DNA from: a virus
Taxonomy: Duplodnaviria > Heunggongvirae > Uroviricota > Caudoviricetes
Direction: 5' to 3' (one strand)
Virus record (IMG/VR): IMGVR_UViG_2582580934_000004
Span: 1-7,222 of that record
DNA length: 7,222 nt
Below are positions 6,637 to 7,222 of this stretch, piece after piece. The position numbers were made by a program, and so were the translations under genes. The stretch's first letter is position 1. Every line of letters begins with the position of its first letter. A model generated the notes under the pieces. The model searched no databases and was not told the DNA's origin. It saw only the letters and a list, made by a program, of their open reading frames with translations.

Positions 6637-6710
6637 CAGTGCATAAGGGTTAAAGCGGATCACCTCTATCTAACAGTGCGTAAGGGTTAAAGCGGATCAC
6701 CTCTTCGCCA
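6637..6710. repeat. Imperfect tandem duplication with a 37-bp period across the 3' end of the portal gene
   Basis: cagtgcataagggttaaagcggatcacctct (6637-6667) against cagtgcgtaagggttaaagcggatcacctct (6674-6704), 30/31 identical. The - strand stop codon (6650-6652) lies inside the first copy. Confidence 0.85.
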
Positions 6711-7222
6711 AGCCAGTCATTGATGTGCTTCATGGCCTCCATGACGGGCATCAGCTCGTTAATTGCGTAAACCCGCGCGGCCTTCTCCACATCACCAAAC
6801 GCACTTTTTTCACCCGGCATCGCCCCCATCAGTTGCGGCGGAACGCGGTGCGCAGCCAGTACATCATCACGGGATGCCGCCTTAACATTCATGAACTCAT
6901 CCTTTGCGGTGATCTGCTGGAACGGCAAAATTTGCACACCTTCTTTGCCCCCGTTGGGCGCATGAATGAGCACGTTTTTAAACGCACCACCACCACGTGC
7001 ACCCTGTAACGTTTCTTTCAGGGAGTCCATGCTTTCGCGGTTTACCTGCGCTGCACCGATGTAGATGATGCACCCGGCGTGGGATCCGTTGTCGTAGTAC
7101 AGTTTTCTGAACATGTCCGCCGAATGAGAAAGGCTGGCTGAGAGTAATGCGCCAAGATATTCCGGCATGCCGTAGATTTCCTGGTTAATATCCGGATTCA
7201 TCAGGTGGCACACTTTGCCAGG
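6650..7222 (-). CDS. Portal protein (P2 gpQ-like), 3' portion; the 5' end lies beyond the window
   Basis: The - strand translation (NPDINQEIYGMPEYL...YYDNGSHAG...SRDDVLAAHRVPPQLMG...FGDVEKAARV...NDWLGEEVIRF) resembles P2-family portal proteins as recalled. It is convergent with gpA, as expected for the A-cos-Q arrangement. The C-terminal codons run through the 37-bp duplication. Confidence 0.7.
   Translation of the reverse strand, partial: PGKVCHLMNPDINQEIYGMPEYLGALLSASLSHSADMFRKLYYDNGSHAGCIIYIGAAQVNRESMDSLKETLQGARGGGAFKNVLIHAPNGGKEGVQILPFQQITAKDEFMNVKAASRDDVLAAHRVPPQLMGAMPGEKSAFGDVEKAARVYAINELMPVMEAMKHINDWLGEEVIRFNPYALLDRGDPL

Noticed and set aside
1031-6710. CRISPR array as an explanation for the short direct repeats
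   Set aside because: Each repeat occurs only twice, the units are different sequences with different periods, and they lie inside protein-coding frames.

Overview
This window reads as the replication-gene to portal-gene segment of a P2/186-like temperate phage or prophage, spanning the accessory locus where P2 itself carries tin and old. Left to right on the + strand: the tail of an upstream ORF, two terminator-like hairpins, two small hypothetical genes, and a long gpA-family rolling-circle replication endonuclease gene that is broken into four frame segments. Next come a parC-like pair of palindromes, a ParM-like actin ATPase gene broken into two segments, a ParR-like gene, and a translationally coupled pair of small genes, the first of which carries a ClpX-type C4 zinc finger. 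A strong terminator and a 530-bp repeat-rich non-coding region (candidate cos/packaging region) follow, and the window ends with the 3' part of a P2 gpQ-like portal gene on the - strand. The most interesting candidate for a new system is the ClpX-zinc-finger gene pair, together with the ParMR-like module, both sitting as cargo in the replicase-to-portal slot. The most unusual sequence-level observation is that every frameshift in gpA and parM coincides exactly with a short imperfect tandem duplication (26, 16, 29 and 23 bp); a 17-bp and a 37-bp example lie at the 3' ends of two other genes. Removing one copy restores a continuous frame in each of the four cases. All homology calls are from recalled protein families and by-eye translation; no database search was run.
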